This document shows, in pieces, positions 1-14,700 of a stretch of 64,000 bases of DNA. Below the pieces are notes generated by a model that was given only the letters and a program-made list of their open reading frames with translations, had not been told where the DNA came from and did no database searches. Position 1 is the stretch's first letter. Each line of letters opens with the position of its first letter. Source of the stretch: Eledone cirrhosa (lineage: Eukaryota); the NCBI GenBank assembly GCA_964016885.1, contig OZ024740.1:93000001-93064000 (forward strand), read 5' to 3'. A program made the translations under genes and the position numbers.

Positions 1-484
1 AATGTTGGATAAATACTCGATCGGGGCCACCGCGAAGAGGCTACGTTCGGCTATTTGTCGGAAATTTCTCCTTAAGAGCCTTTCTTCTTATAGCTTGGTC
101 TAATTGATTTTTTATATGGTTAATTATGATAATTAGAAGAAGAAATAGTATATATTTTATCTGATGATTCTAAAGAAATGATTTATGAAATATTGCTCTG
201 ATTTTTAATTTATTAAATCTTCATAGAGCTTAAAATTGACCAGTTGCAACATGTATATATCTATAACTTTATGTATAAGTTAACCTCTATATTTAATAAT
301 CTCCCGATAGGTTGAGATTAAATTTGGCGATATTTGGCTGCGCTTTCTAGCAGCAAGCCTACCCGCCGTAAGCAAACAATCACATTATTTCTGGCTTGAC
401 CACAGCAACATATTGATTCTTAGCCATTTTTGGATCTAATTTTGGCGGGATCGGATTGAAAATCTAGATGTCTGATTTTGTGTT

Positions 485-563
485 TGTCTCCTGATGAATG
501 CTAACTCAGGACATTCCTATTATTTGGATGTCTAAAAATAAGGAAGAAACCATGGTAGAGATA
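485..563 (+). ncRNA. Type I hammerhead ribozyme motif in satellite monomer (first copy; one per monomer)
   Basis: Helix I TGTCTC(485-490)/GAGATA(558-563); core CTGATGA (491-497); extended helix II with inner stem GGACATTCC/GGATGTCT; GAAA (546-549); palindromic helix III ACCATGGT; predicted cleavage after GTA (557). Confidence 0.75.
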
Positions 564-3500
564 TAATTACCGTATGTACGCATTTCTTCTAAGTTTAATT
601 TTACACCTAATTGTGTATGGTTGATGATATATTTAGTCAGTTTCTACATGCTGTCGAAATGTTGGATAAATACTCGATCGGGGCCACCGCGAAGGGGTTA
701 CGTTCGGCTATTTGTCGGAGATTTCTCCATAAGAGCCTTTCTTCTTATAGCTTGGTCTAATTGATTTTTTATATGGTTAATTATGCTAATTAGAAGAAGA
801 AATAGTATATATTTTATCTGATGATTCTGAATACATGATTTATGATATATTGCTCTGATTTTTTAATCTTTTCATTTATTAATTCTTCATAGAGCTGAAA
901 AGTGACCAGTTGCAACATGTATATATCTATAACTTTATCTCTGTTAACATCTATATTTAATAATCTCCCGATAGGTTGAGATCAAATTTGGCGATATTTG
1001 GCTGCGCTTTCTAGCAGCAAGCCTAGCCGCCGTAAGCAACAAATCACATTCTTTCTGGCTTGACCACAGCAACATATTGATTCTTAGCCATTTTTGAATC
1101 TAATTTTGGCGGGATCGGATTGAAAATCTAGATGTCTGATTTTGAGTTTGTCTCCTGATGAATCCTAACTCAGGACATTCCTATTATTTGGATGTCTAAA
1201 AATAAGGAAGAAACAATGGTAGAGATATAATTACGATATGTACGCATTTCTTCTAAGTTTAATTTTAGACCTAATTGTGTATGGTTGATGATATATTTAG
1301 TCAGTTTCTACATGCTGTCGAAATGTTGGATAAATACTCGATCGGGGCCACCGCGAAGGGGCAACGTTCGGCTATTTGACGGAGATTTCTCAATAAGAGC
1401 CTTTCTTCTTGTAGCTTGGTCTAAGTGATTTTGTATATGGTTACTTATGCTAATTAGAAGAAGAAATAGTATATATTTTATCTGATGGATCTAAAGACAG
1501 TATTTATGATATATTGCTCTTATTTTTAATTTAATAATTCTTCATAGAGCTTAAAAGGGACCAGTTGCAACATGTATATATCTATAACTTTATGTATATG
1601 ATAACCTCTATATTTAATAATCTCCCGATAGGTTGAGATTAAATTTGGCGATATTTGGCTGCGCTTTCTAGCAGCAAGCCTACCCGCCGTAAGCAACCAA
1701 AAACATTCTTTCTGGCTTGACCACAGCTACATAGCGATTCTTAGCCATTATTGAATCTATTTTTGGTGGGATCTGATTGAAAAGTTAGATGTCTGATTTT
1801 GAGTTTGTCTCCTGATGAATCCTAACTCAGGACATTCCTATTATTTGTATGTCTAAAAATAAGGAAGAAACCATGGTAGAGATATAATTACGGTATGTAC
1901 GCATTTCTTCTAAGTTTAATTTTAGACCTAATTGTGTATGGTTGATGATATATTTAGTCAGTTTCTACATGCTGTCGAAATGTTGGATAAATACTCGATC
2001 GGGGCCACCGCGAGGAGGCTACGTTCGGCTATTCGTCGGAGATTTCTCCATAAGAGCCTTTCTTCTTATAGCTTGGTCTAAGTGATTTTTTATATGGTTA
2101 CTTATGCTAATTAGAAGAAGAAATATTATATATTTTATCTGATGATTCTAAAGACAGTATTTATGATATATTGCTCTGATTTTTAATTTAATAATTCTTC
2201 ATAGAGCTTAAAAGTGACCAGTTGCAACATGTATATATCTATAACTTTATGTATATGTTAACCTCTATATTTAATAATCTCCCGATAGGTTGAGATTAAA
2301 TTTGGCAATATTTGGCTGCGCTTTCTAGCAGCAAGCCTACCCGCCGTAAGCAACCAATCACATTATTTCTGGCTTGACCACAGCTATATAGAGATTCTTA
2401 GCCATTTTTGAATCTATTTTTGGTGGGATCGGATTGAAAAGCTAGATGTCTGATCTTGAGTTTGTCTCCTGATGAACAGTAACTCAGGACATTCCTGTTA
2501 TTTGGATGTCTAAAAATAAGGAAGAAACCATGGTAGAGATATAATTACGGTATGTACGAATTTCTTCTAAGTTTAATTTTACACCTAATTGTGTATGGCT
2601 GATGATATATTTAGTCAGTTTCTACATGCTGTCGAAATGTTGGATAAATACTCGATCGGGGCCACCGCGAAGGGGCTACGTTCGGCTATTTGTCGGAGAT
2701 TTCTCCATAAGAGCCTTTCTTCTTATAGCTTGGTCTAAGTGATTTTTTATATGGTTACTTATGCTAATTAGAAGAAGAAATATTATATATTTTATCTGAT
2801 GATTCTAAAGACATGATTTATGATATATTGCTCAGATTTTTTAATTTATTAATTCTTCATAGAGCTTAAAAGTGACCAGTTGCAACATGTATATATCTAT
2901 AACTTTATATATATGTTAAGCTCTATATTTAATAATCTCCCGATAGTTTGAGATTACATTTGGCGATATTTGGTTGCGCTTTCTAGCAGCAAGCCTAGCC
3001 GCCGTAAGCAACCAATCACATTCTTTCTGGCTTGACCAAAGCCACATAGCGATTCTTAGCCATTTTTGAATCTATTTTTGGTGGGATCGGATTGAAAAGC
3101 TAGATGTCTGATCTTGAGTTTGTCTCCTGATGAATCCTAACTCAGGACATTCCCATTATTTGGATGTCTAAAAATAAGGAAGAAAACATGGTAGAGATAT
3201 AATTACGGTATGTACGCATTTCTTCTAAGTATAATTTTACACCTAATTGTGTATGGTTGATGATATATTTAGTCAGTTACTACATGCTGTCGAAATGTTG
3301 GATAAATACTCGATCGGGGCCACCGCGAAGGGGCTACGTTCGGCTATTTGTCGGAGATTTCTCCATAAGAGCCTTTCTTCTTATAGCTTGGTCTAAGTGA
3401 TTTTTTATATGGTTACTTATACTAATTAGAAGAAGAAATAGTATATATATTATCTGATGATTCTAAAGACATTATTTATGATATATTGCTCTGATTTTTA

Positions 3501-6500
3501 ATTTATTAATTCTTCATAGAGCTTAAAAGTGACCAGTTGCAACATGTATATATCTATAACTTTATCTATATGTTAACCTCTATATTTAATAATCTCCCGA
3601 TAGGTTGAGATCAAATTTGGCGATATTTGGCGGCGCTTTCTAGCAGCAAGCCTACCCGCCGTAAGCAACCAATCACATTCTTTCTGGCTTGACCACAGCC
3701 ACATAGCGATTCTTAGCCATTTTTGAATCTATTTTTGGCGGGATCGGATTGAAAAGCTAGATATCTGATTCTGAGTTTGTCTCCTGATGAATTCTAACTC
3801 AGGACATTCCTATTATTTGGATGTCTAAAAATAAGGAAGAAACCATGGTAGAGATATAATTACGGTATGTACGCATTTCTTCTAAGTTTAATTTTACACC
3901 TAATCGTGTATGGTTGAAGATATATTTAGTCAGTTTCTACATGCTGTCGAAATGTTGGATAAATACTCGATCGGGGCCACCGCGAAGAGGCTACGTTCGG
4001 CTATTTGTCGGAAATTTCTCCTTAAGAGCCTTTCTTCTTATAGCTTGGTCTAATTGATTTTTTATATGGTTAATTATGATAATTAGAAGAAGAAATAGTA
4101 TATATTTTATCTGATGATTCTAAAGAAATGATTTATGAAATATTGCTCTGATTTTTAATTTATTAAATCTTCATAGAGCTTAAAATTGACCAGTTGCAAC
4201 ATGTATATATCTATAACTTTATGTATAAGTTAACCTCTATATTTAATAATCTCCCGATAGGTTGAGATTAAATTTGGCGATATTTGGCTGCGCTTTCTAG
4301 CAGCAAGCCTACCCGCCGTAAGCAAACAATCACATTATTTCTGGCTTGACCACAGCAACATATTGATTCTTAGCCATTTTTGGATCTAATTTTGGCGGGA
4401 TCGGATTGAAAATCTAGATGTCTGATTTTGTGTTTGTCTCCTGATGAATGCTAACTCAGGACATTCCTATTATTTGGATGTCTAAAAATAAGGAAGAAAC
4501 CATGGTAGAGATATAATTACCGTATGTACGCATTTCTTCTAAGTTTAATTTTACACCTAATTGTGTATGGTTGATGATATATTTAGTCAGTTTCTACATG
4601 CTGTCGAAATGTTGGATAAATACTCGATCGGGGCCACCGCGAAGGGGTTACGTTCGGCTATTTGTCGGAGATTTCTCCATAAGAGCCTTTCTTCTTATAG
4701 CTTGGTCTAATTGATTTTTTATATGGTTAATTATGCTAATTAGAAGAAGAAATAGTATATATTTTATCTGATGATTCTGAATACATGATTTATGATATAT
4801 TGCTCTGATTTTTTAATCTTTTCATTTATTAATTCTTCATAGAGCTGAAAAGTGACCAGTTGCAACATGTATATATCTATAACTTTATCTCTGTTAACAT
4901 CTATATTTAATAATCTCCCGATAGGTTGAGATCAAATTTGGCGATATTTGGCTGCGCTTTCTAGCAGCAAGCCTAGCCGCCGTAAGCAACAAATCACATT
5001 CTTTCTGGCTTGACCACAGCAACATATTGATTCTTAGCCATTTTTGAATCTAATTTTGGCGGGATCGGATTGAAAATCTAGATGTCTGATTTTGAGTTTG
5101 TCTCCTGATGAATCCTAACTCAGGACATTCCTATTATTTGGATGTCTAAAAATAAGGAAGAAACAATGGTAGAGATATAATTACGATATGTACGCATTTC
5201 TTCTAAGTTTAATTTTACACCTAATTGTGTCTGGTTGATGATATATTTAGTCAGTTTCTACATGCTGTCGAAATGTTGGATAAATACTCGATCGGGGCCA
5301 CCGCGAAGAGGCAACGTTCGGCTATTTGACGGAGATTTCTCAATAAGAGCCTTTCTTCTTATAGCTTGGTCTAAGTGATTTTGTATATGGTTACTTATGC
5401 TAATTAGAAGAAGAAATAGTATATATTTTATCTGATGGATCTAAAGACAGTATTTATGATATATTGCTCTTATTTTTAATTTAATAATTCTTCATAGAGC
5501 TTAAAAGGGACCAGTTGCAACATGTATATATCTATAACTTTATGTATATGATAACCTCTATATTTAATAATCTCCCGATAGGTTGAGATTAAATTTGGCG
5601 ATATTTGGCTGCGCTTTCTAGCAGCAAGCCTACCCGCCGTAAGCAACCAAAAACATTCTTTCTGGCTTGACCACAGCTACATAGCGATTCTTAGCCATTA
5701 TTGAATCTATTTTTGGTGGGATCTGATTGAAAAGTTAGATGTCTGATTTTGAGTTTGTCTCCTGATGAATCCTAACTCAGGACATTCCTATTATTTGTAT
5801 GTCTAAAAATAAGGAAGAAACCATGGTAGAGATATAATTACGGTATGTACGCATTTCTTCTAAGTTTAATTTTAGACCTAATTGTGTATGGTTGATGATA
5901 TATTTAGTCAGTTTATACATGCTGTCGAAATGTTGGATAAATACTCGATCGGGGCCACCGCGAGGAGGCTACGTTCGGCTATTCGTCGGAGATTTCTCCA
6001 TAAGAGCCTTTCTTCTTATAGCTTGGTCTAAGTGATTTTTTATATGGTTACTTATGCTAATTAGAAGAAGAAATATTATATATTTTATCTGATGATTCTA
6101 AAGACAGTATTTATGATATATTGCTCTGATTTTTAATTTAATAATTCTTCATAGAGCTTAAAAGTGACCAGTTGCAACATGTATATATCTATAACTTTAT
6201 GTATATGTTAACCTCTATATTTAATAATCTCCCGATAGGTTGAGATTAAATTTGGCAATATTTGGCTGCGCTTTCTAGCAGCAAGCCTACCCGCCGTAAG
6301 CAACCAATCACATTATTTCTGGCTTGACCACAGCTATATAGAGATTCTTAGCCATTTTTGAATCTATTTTTGGTGGGATCGGATTGAAAAGCTAGATGTC
6401 TGATCTTGAGTTTGTCTCCTGATGAACAGTAACTCAGGACATTCCTGTTATTTGGATGTCTAAAAATAAGGAAGAAACCATGGTAGAGATATAATTACGG

Positions 6501-9500
6501 TATGTACGAATTTCTTCTAAGTTTAATTTTACACCTAATTGTGTATGGCTGATGATATATTTAGTCAGTTTCTACATGCTGTCGAAATGTTGGATAAATA
6601 CTCGATCGGGGCCACCGCGAAGGGGCTACGTTCGGCTATTTGTCGGAGATTTCTCCATAAGAGCCTTTCTTCTTATAGCTTGGTCTAAGTGATTTTTTAT
6701 ATGGTTACTTATGCTAATTAGAAGAAGAAATATTATATATTTTATCTGATGATTCTAAAGACATGATTTATGATATATTGCTCAGATTTTTTAATTTATT
6801 AATTCTTCATAGAGCTTAAAAGTGACCAGTTGCAACATGTATATATCTATAACTTTATATATATGTTAAGCTCTATATTTAATAATCTCCCGATAGTTTG
6901 AGATTACATTTGGCGATATTTGGTTGCGCTTTGTAGCAGCAAGCCTAGCCGCCGTAAGCAACCAATCACATTCTTTCTGGCTTGACCAAAGCCACATAGC
7001 GATTCTTAGCCATTTTTGAATCTATTTTTGGTGGGATCGGATTGAAAAGCTAGATGTCTGATCTTGAGTTTGTCTCCTGATGAATCCTAACTCAGGACAT
7101 TCCCATTATTTGGATGTCTAAAAATAAGGAAGAAAACATGGTAGAGATATAATTACGGTATGTACGCATTTCTTCTAAGTATAATTTTACACCTAATTGT
7201 GTATGGTTGATGATATATTTAGTCAGTTACTACATGCTGTCGAAATGTTGGATAAATACTCGATCGGGGCCACCGCGAAGGGGCTACGTTCGGCTATTTG
7301 TCGGAGATTTCTCCATAAGAGCCTTTCTTCTTATAGCTTGGTCTAAGTGATTTTTTATATGGTTACTTATACTAATTAGAAGAAGAAATAGTATATATAT
7401 TATCTGATGATTCTAAAGACATTATTTATGATATATTGCTCTGATTTTTAATTTATTAATTCTTCATAGAGCTTAAAAGTGACCAGTTGCAACATGTATA
7501 TATCTATAACTTTATCTATATGTTAACCTCTATATTTAATAATCTCCCGATAGGTTGAGATCAAATTTGGCGATATTTGGCGGCGCTTTCTAGCAGCAAG
7601 CCTACCCGCCGTAAGCAACCAATCACATTCTTTCTGGCTTGACCACAGCCACATAGCGATTCTTAGCCATTTTTGAATCTATTTTTGGCGGGATCGGATT
7701 GAAAAGCTAGATATCTGATTCTGAGTTTGTCTCCTGATGAATTCTAACTCAGGACATTCCTATTATTTGGATGTCTAAAAATAAGGAAGAAACCATGGTA
7801 GAGATATAATTACGGTATGTACGCATTTCTTCTAAGTTTAATTTTACACCTAATTGTGTATGGTTGAAGATATATTTAGTCAGTTTCTACATGCTGTCGA
7901 AATGTTGGATAAATACTCGATCGGGGCCACCGCGAAGAGGCCACGTTCGGCTATTTGTCGGAAATTTCTCCTTAAGAGCCTTTCTTCTTATAGCTTGGTC
8001 TAATTGATTTTTTATATGGTTAATTATGCTAATTAGAAGAAGAAATAGTATATATTTTATCTGATGATTCTGAATACATGATTTATGATATATTGCTCTG
8101 ATTTTTTAATCTTTTCATTTATTAATTCTTCATAGAGCTGAAAAGTGACCAGTTGCAACATGTATATATCTATAACTTTATCTCTGTTAACCTCTATATT
8201 TAATAATCTCCCGATAGGTTGAGATCAAATTTGGCGATATTTGTCTGCGCTTTCTAGCAGCAAGCCTAGCCGCCGTAAGCAACCAATCACATTCTTTCTG
8301 GCTTGACCACAGCAACATATTGATTCTTAGCCATTTTTGAATCTAATTTTGGCGGGATCGGATTGAAAATCTAGATGTCTGACTTTGAGTTTGTCTCCTG
8401 ATGAATCCTAACTCAGGACATTCCTATTATTTGGATGTCTAAAAATAAGGAAGAAACCATAGTAGAGATATAATTACGATATGTACGCATTTCTTCTAAG
8501 TTTAATTTTACACCTAATTGTGTCTGGTTGATGATATATTTAGTCAGTTTCTACATGCTGTCGAAATGTTGGATAAATACTCGATCGGGGCCACCGCGAA
8601 GAGGCAACGTTCGGCTATTTGACGGAGATTTCTCAATAAGAGCCTTTCTTCTTATAGCTTGGTCTAAGTGATTTTGTATATGGTTACTTATGCTAATTAG
8701 AAGAAGAAATAGTATATATTTTATCTGATGGATCTAAAGACAGTATTTATGATATATTGCTCTTATTTTTAATTTAATAATTCTTCATAGAGCTTAAAAG
8801 GGACCAGTTGCAACATGTATATATCTATAACTTTATGTATATGATAACCTCTATATTTAATAATCTCCCGATAGGTTAAGATTAAATTTGGCGATATTTG
8901 GCTGCGCTTTCTAGCAGCAAGCCTACCCGCCGTAAGCAACCAAAAACATTCTTTCTGGCTTGACCACAGCTACATAGCGATTCTTAGCCATTATTGAATC
9001 TATTTTTGGTGGGATCTGATTGAAAAGTTAGATATCTGATTTTGAGTTTGTCTCCTGATGAATCCTAACTCAGGACATTCCTATTATTTGGATGTCTAAA
9101 AATAAGGAAGAAACCATGGTAGAGATATAATTACGGTATGTACGCATTTCTTCTAAGTTTAATTTTAGACCTAATTGTGTATGGTTGATGATATATTTAG
9201 TCAGTTTATACATGCTGTCGAAATGTTGGATAAATACTCGATCGGGGCCACCGCGAGGAGGCTACGTTCGGCTATTCGTCGGAGATTTCTCCATAAGAGC
9301 CTTTCTTCTTATAGATTGGTCTAATTGATTTTTTATATGGTTAATTATGCTAATTAGAAGAAGAAATAGTATATATTTTATCTGATGGATCTAAAGACAG
9401 TATTTATGATATATTGCTCTGATTTTTAATTTAATAATTCTTCATAGAGCTTAAAAGTGACCAGTTGCAACATGTATATATCTATAACTTTATGTATATG

Positions 9501-11686
9501 TTAACCTCTATATTTAATAATCTCCCGATAGGTTGAGATTAAATTTGGCAATATTTGGCTGCGCTTTCTAGCAGCAAGCCTACCCGCCGTAAGCAACCAA
9601 TCACATTATTTCTGGCTTGACCACAGCTATATAGAGATTCTTAGCCATTTTTGAATCTATTTTTGGTGGGATCGGATTGAAAAGCTAGATGTCTGATCTT
9701 GAGTTTGTCTCCTGATGAACAGTAACTCAGGACATTCCTGTTATTTGGATGTCTAAAAATAAGGAAGAAACCATGGTAGAGATATAATTACGGTATGTAC
9801 GAATTTCTTCTAAGTTTAATTTTACACCTAATTGTGTATGGCTGATGATATATTTAGTCAGTTTCTACATGCTGTCGAAATGTTGGATAAATACTCGATC
9901 GGGGCCACCGCGAAGGGGCTACGTTCGGCTATTTGTCGGAGATTTCTCCATAAGAGCCTTTCTTCTTATAGCTTGGTCTAAGTGATTTTTTATATGGTTA
10001 CTTATGCTAATTAGAAGAAGAAATATTATATATTTTATCTGATGATTCTAAAGACATGATTTATGATATATTGCTCAGATTTTTTAATTTATTAATTCTT
10101 CATAGAGCTTAAAAGTGACCAGTTGCAACATGTATATATCTATAACTTTATATATATGTTAAGCTCTATATTTAATAATCTCCCGATAGTTTGAGATTAC
10201 ATTTGGCGATATTTGGTTGCGCTTTCTAGCAGCAAGCCTAGCCGCCGTAAGCAACCAATCACATTCTTTCTGGCTTGACCAAAGCCACATAGCGATTCTT
10301 AGCCATTTTTGAATCTATTTTTGGTGGGATCGGATTGAAAAGCTAGATGTCTGATCTTGAGTTTGTCTCCTGATGAATCCTAACTCAGGACATTCCCATT
10401 ATTTGGATGTCTAAAAATAAGGAAGAAAACATGGTAGAGATATAATTACGGTATGTACGCATTTCTTCTAAGTATAATTTTACACCTAATTGTGTATGGT
10501 TGATGATATATTTAGTCAGTTACTACATGCTGTCGAAATGTTGGATAAATACTCGATCGGGGCCACCGCGAAGGGGCTACGTTCGGCTATTTGTCGGAGA
10601 TTTCTCCATAAGAGCCTTTCTTCTTATAGCTTGGTCTAAGTGATTTTTTATATGGTTACTTATACTAATTAGAAGAAGAAATAGTATATATATTATCTGA
10701 TGATTCTAAAGACATTATTTATGATATATTGCTCTGATTTTTAATTTATTAATTCTTCATAGAGCTTAAAAGTGACCAGTTGCAACATGTATATATCTAT
10801 AATTTTATCTATATGTTAACCTCTATATTTAATAATCTCCCGATAGGTTGAGATCAAATTTGGCGATATTTGGCGGCGCTTTCTAGCAGCAAGCCTACCC
10901 GCCGTAAGCAACCAATCACATTCTTTCTGGCTTGACCACAGCCACATAGCGATTCTTAGCCATTTTTGAATCTATTTTTGGCGGGATCGGATTGAAAAGC
11001 TAGATATCTGATTCTGAGTTTGTCTCCTGATGAATTCTAACTCAGGACATTCCTATTATTTGGATGTCTAAAAATAAGGAAGAAACCATGGTAGAGATAT
11101 ACTTACGGTATGTACGCATTTCTTCTAAGTTTAATTTTACACCTAATTGTGTATGGTTGATGATATATTTAGTCAGTTTCTACATGCTGTCGAAATGTTG
11201 GATAAATACTCGATCGGGGCCACCGCGAAGAGGCTACGTTCGGCTATTTGTCGGAAATTTCTCCTTAAGAGCCTTTCTTCTTATAGCTTGGTCTAATTGA
11301 TTTTGTATATGGTTAATTATGCTAATTAGAAGAAGAAATAGTATATATTTTATCTGATGATTCTGAATACATGATTTATGATATATTGCTCTGATTTTTT
11401 AATCTTTTAATTTATTAATTCTTCATAGAGCTTAAAAGTGACCAGTTGCAACATGTATATATCTATAACTTTATCTATATGTTAACCTCTATATTTAATA
11501 ATCTCCCGATAGGTTGAGATTAAATTTGGCGATATTTGGCTGCGCCTTCTAGCAGCAAGCCTACCCGCCGTAAGCAACCAATCACATTCTTTCTGGCTTG
11601 ACCACAGCCACATAGCGATTCTTAGCCATTTTTGAATCTATTTTTGGCGGGATCGGATTAAAAAAATAGATATCTTATTTTGAGTT

Positions 11687-11765
11687 TGTCTCCTGATGAA
11701 TCCTAACTCAGGACATTCCTATTATTTGGATGTCTAAAAATAAGGAAGAAACCATGGTAGAGATA
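11687..11765 (+). ncRNA. Type I hammerhead ribozyme motif, consensus-like copy in satellite monomer 18
   Basis: TGTCTC CTGATGA atcct...agga a GAAA CCATGGTA GAGATA; helix II base TCCT/AGGA intact, with an A.A mismatch at the first position. Confidence 0.75.
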
Positions 11766-14700
11766 TAATTACGGTATGTACGCATTTCTTCTAAGTTTAA
11801 TTTTAGACCTAATTGTGTATGGTTGATGATATATTTAGTCAGTTTCTACATGCTGTCGAAATGTTGGATAAATACTCGATCGGGGCCACCTCGAAGAGGC
11901 TACGTTCGGCTATTTGTCGGAAATTTCTCCATAAGAGCCTTTCTTCTTATAGATTGGTCTAATTGATTTTTTATATGGTTAATTATGCTAATTAGAAGAA
12001 GAAATAGTATATATTTTATCTGATGATTCTGAATACATGATTTATGATATATTGCTCTGATTTTTTAAACTTTTAATTTATTAATTCTTGATAGAGCTTA
12101 AAAGTGACCAGTTGCAACATGTATATATCTATAACTTTATCTATATGTTAACCTCTATATTTAATAATCTCCCGATATGTTGAGATCAAATTTGGCGATA
12201 TTTGGCTGCGCTTCCTAGCAGCAAGCCTACCCGCCGTAAGCAACCAATCACATTCTTTCTGGCTTGACCACAGCCACATAGCGATTCTTAGCCATTTTTG
12301 AATCTATTTTTGGCGGGATCAGATTAAAAAACTAGATATCTTATTTTGAGTCTGTCTCCTGATGAATCTTAACTCAGGACATTCCTATTATTTGGATCTC
12401 TAAAAATAAGGAAGAAACCATGGTAGAAATCTAATTACGATATGTTCGCATTTCTTCTAAGTTTAATTTAACACCTAATTGTGTATGGTTGATGATATAT
12501 TTAGTCAGTTTCTACATGCTGTCGAAATGTTGGATAAATACTCGATCGGGGCCACCGCGAAGAGCTACGTTCGGCTATTTGTCGGAGATTTCTCCATAAG
12601 AGCCTTTATTCTTATAGCTTGGTCTAATTGATTTTTTATATGGTTAATTATGCTAATTAGAAGAAGAAATATTATATATTTTATCTGATGGATCGCAAGA
12701 TATGATTTATGATATATTGCTCTGATTTTTTAATTTATTAATTCTTCATAGAGCTTAAAAGTGACCAGTTGCAACATGTATATATCTATAACTTTATGTA
12801 TATGTTAACCTCTATAATTAATAATCTCCCGATAGGTTGAAATTAAATTTGGCGATATTTGGCTGCGCTTTCTAGCAGCAAGCCTACCCGCCGTTAGCAA
12901 CCAATCACATTCTTTCTGGCTTGAACACAGCCACATAGCGATTCTTAGCCATTTTTGAATCTATTTTTGGCGGGATCGGATTGAAAAACTAGATGTCTGA
13001 TTTCGAGTTTGTCTCCTGATGAATCCTAACTCAGGACATTCCTATTATTTGGATGTCTAAAAATAAGGAAGAAACCATGGTAGAGACGTAATTACGGTAT
13101 GTACGCTTTTCTTCTAAGTTTAATTTTACACCTAATTGTGTATGGTTGATGATATGTTTAGTCAGTTTCTACATGCTGTCGAAATGTTGGATAAATACTC
13201 GATCGGGGCCACCGCGAAGAGGCTACGTTCGGCTATTTGTCGGAGATTTCTCCATAAGAGCCTTTCTTCTTATAGCTTGGTCTAATTGATTTTTTATATG
13301 GTTAATTATGCTAATTAGAAGAAGAAATAGTATATATTTTATCTGATGATTCTGAATACATGATTTATGATATATTGCCCTGATTTTTTAATCTTTTAAT
13401 TTATTAATTCTTCATAGAGCTTAAAAGTGACCAGTTGCAACATGTATATATCTATAACTTTATCTATATGTTAACCTCTATATTTAATAATCTCCCGATA
13501 GGTTGAGATCAAATTTGGCGATATTTGGCTGCGCTTTCTAGCAGCAAGCCTACCCGCCGTAAGCAACCAATCACATTCCTTCTGGCTTGACCACAGCCAC
13601 ATAGCGATTCTTAGCCATTTTTGAATCTATTTTTGGCGGGATCGGATTAAAAACCTAGATATCTTATTTTGAGTTTGTCTCCTGATGAATCCTAACTCAG
13701 GACATTCCTATTATTTGGATGTCTAAAAATAAGGAAGAAACCATGGTAGAGATGTAATTACGGTATGTACGCATTTCTTCTAAGTTTAATTTTAGACCTA
13801 ATTGTGTATGGTTGATGATATATTTAGTCAGTTTCTACATGCTGTCGAAATGTTGGATAAATACTCGATCGGGGCCACCTCGAAGAGGCTACGTTCGGCT
13901 ATTTGTCGGAAATTTCTCCATAAGAGCCTTTCTTCTTACAGCTTGGTCTAATTGATTTTTTATATGGTTAATTATGCTAATTAGAAGAAGAAATAGTATA
14001 TATTTTATCTGATGATTCTGAATACATGATTTATGATATATTGCTCTGATTTTTTAATCTTTTAATTTATTAATTCTTCATAGAGCTTAAAAGTGACCAG
14101 TTGCAACATGTATATATCTATAACTTTATCTATATGTTAACCTCTATATTTAATAATCTCCCGATAGGTTTAGATCAAATTTGGCGTTATTTGGCTGCGC
14201 TTTCTAGCAGCAAGCCTAGCCGCCGTAAGCAACCAATCAGTTTTCTTTCTGGCTTGACCACAGCTATATAGCGATTCTTAGCCATTATTGAATCTATTTT
14301 TGGCGGGATCGGATTAAAAAACTAGATATCTTATTTTGAGTTTGTCTCCTGATGAATCCTAACTCAGGACATTCCTATTATTTGGATGTCTAAAAATAAG
14401 GAAGAAACCATGGTAGAGATATAATTACGGTATGTACGCATTTCATCTAAGTTTAATTTTAGACCTAATTGTGTATGGTTGATGATATATTTAGTCAGTT
14501 TCTACATGCTGTCGAAATGTTGGATAAATACTCGATCGGGGCCACCTCGAAGAGGCTACGTTCGGCTATTTGTCGGAAATTTCTCCATAAGAGCCTTTCT
14601 TCTTATAGATTGGTCTAATTGATTTTTTATATGGTTAATTATGCTAATTAGAAGAAGAAATAGTATATATTTTATCTGATGATTCTGAATACATGATTTA

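Noticed and set aside
22-75. GGGGCCACCGCGAAG resembles the start of the CPEB3 HDV-like ribozyme
   Set aside because: No downstream complement for P1 (GGCCCC) and no P2/P3 pseudoknot could be fitted.
161-500. C/D-box snoRNA reading of TGATGA/CTGA motifs
   Set aside because: There is no terminal stem or recognisable guide sequence; the CTGATGA..GAAA..GTA geometry with three helices fits a hammerhead better.
2590-2652. Third hammerhead-like string (C/T)TGATGA...GTCGAAATGTTGGATA in the monomer
   Set aside because: C is present in only one monomer class, and helices I and II do not pair convincingly.
11064-11300. 78-aa ORF in a satellite monomer (also 15136-15318)
   Set aside because: It is open only because one copy lost a stop that most monomers have (ATATAA versus ATATAC); no recognisable domain.
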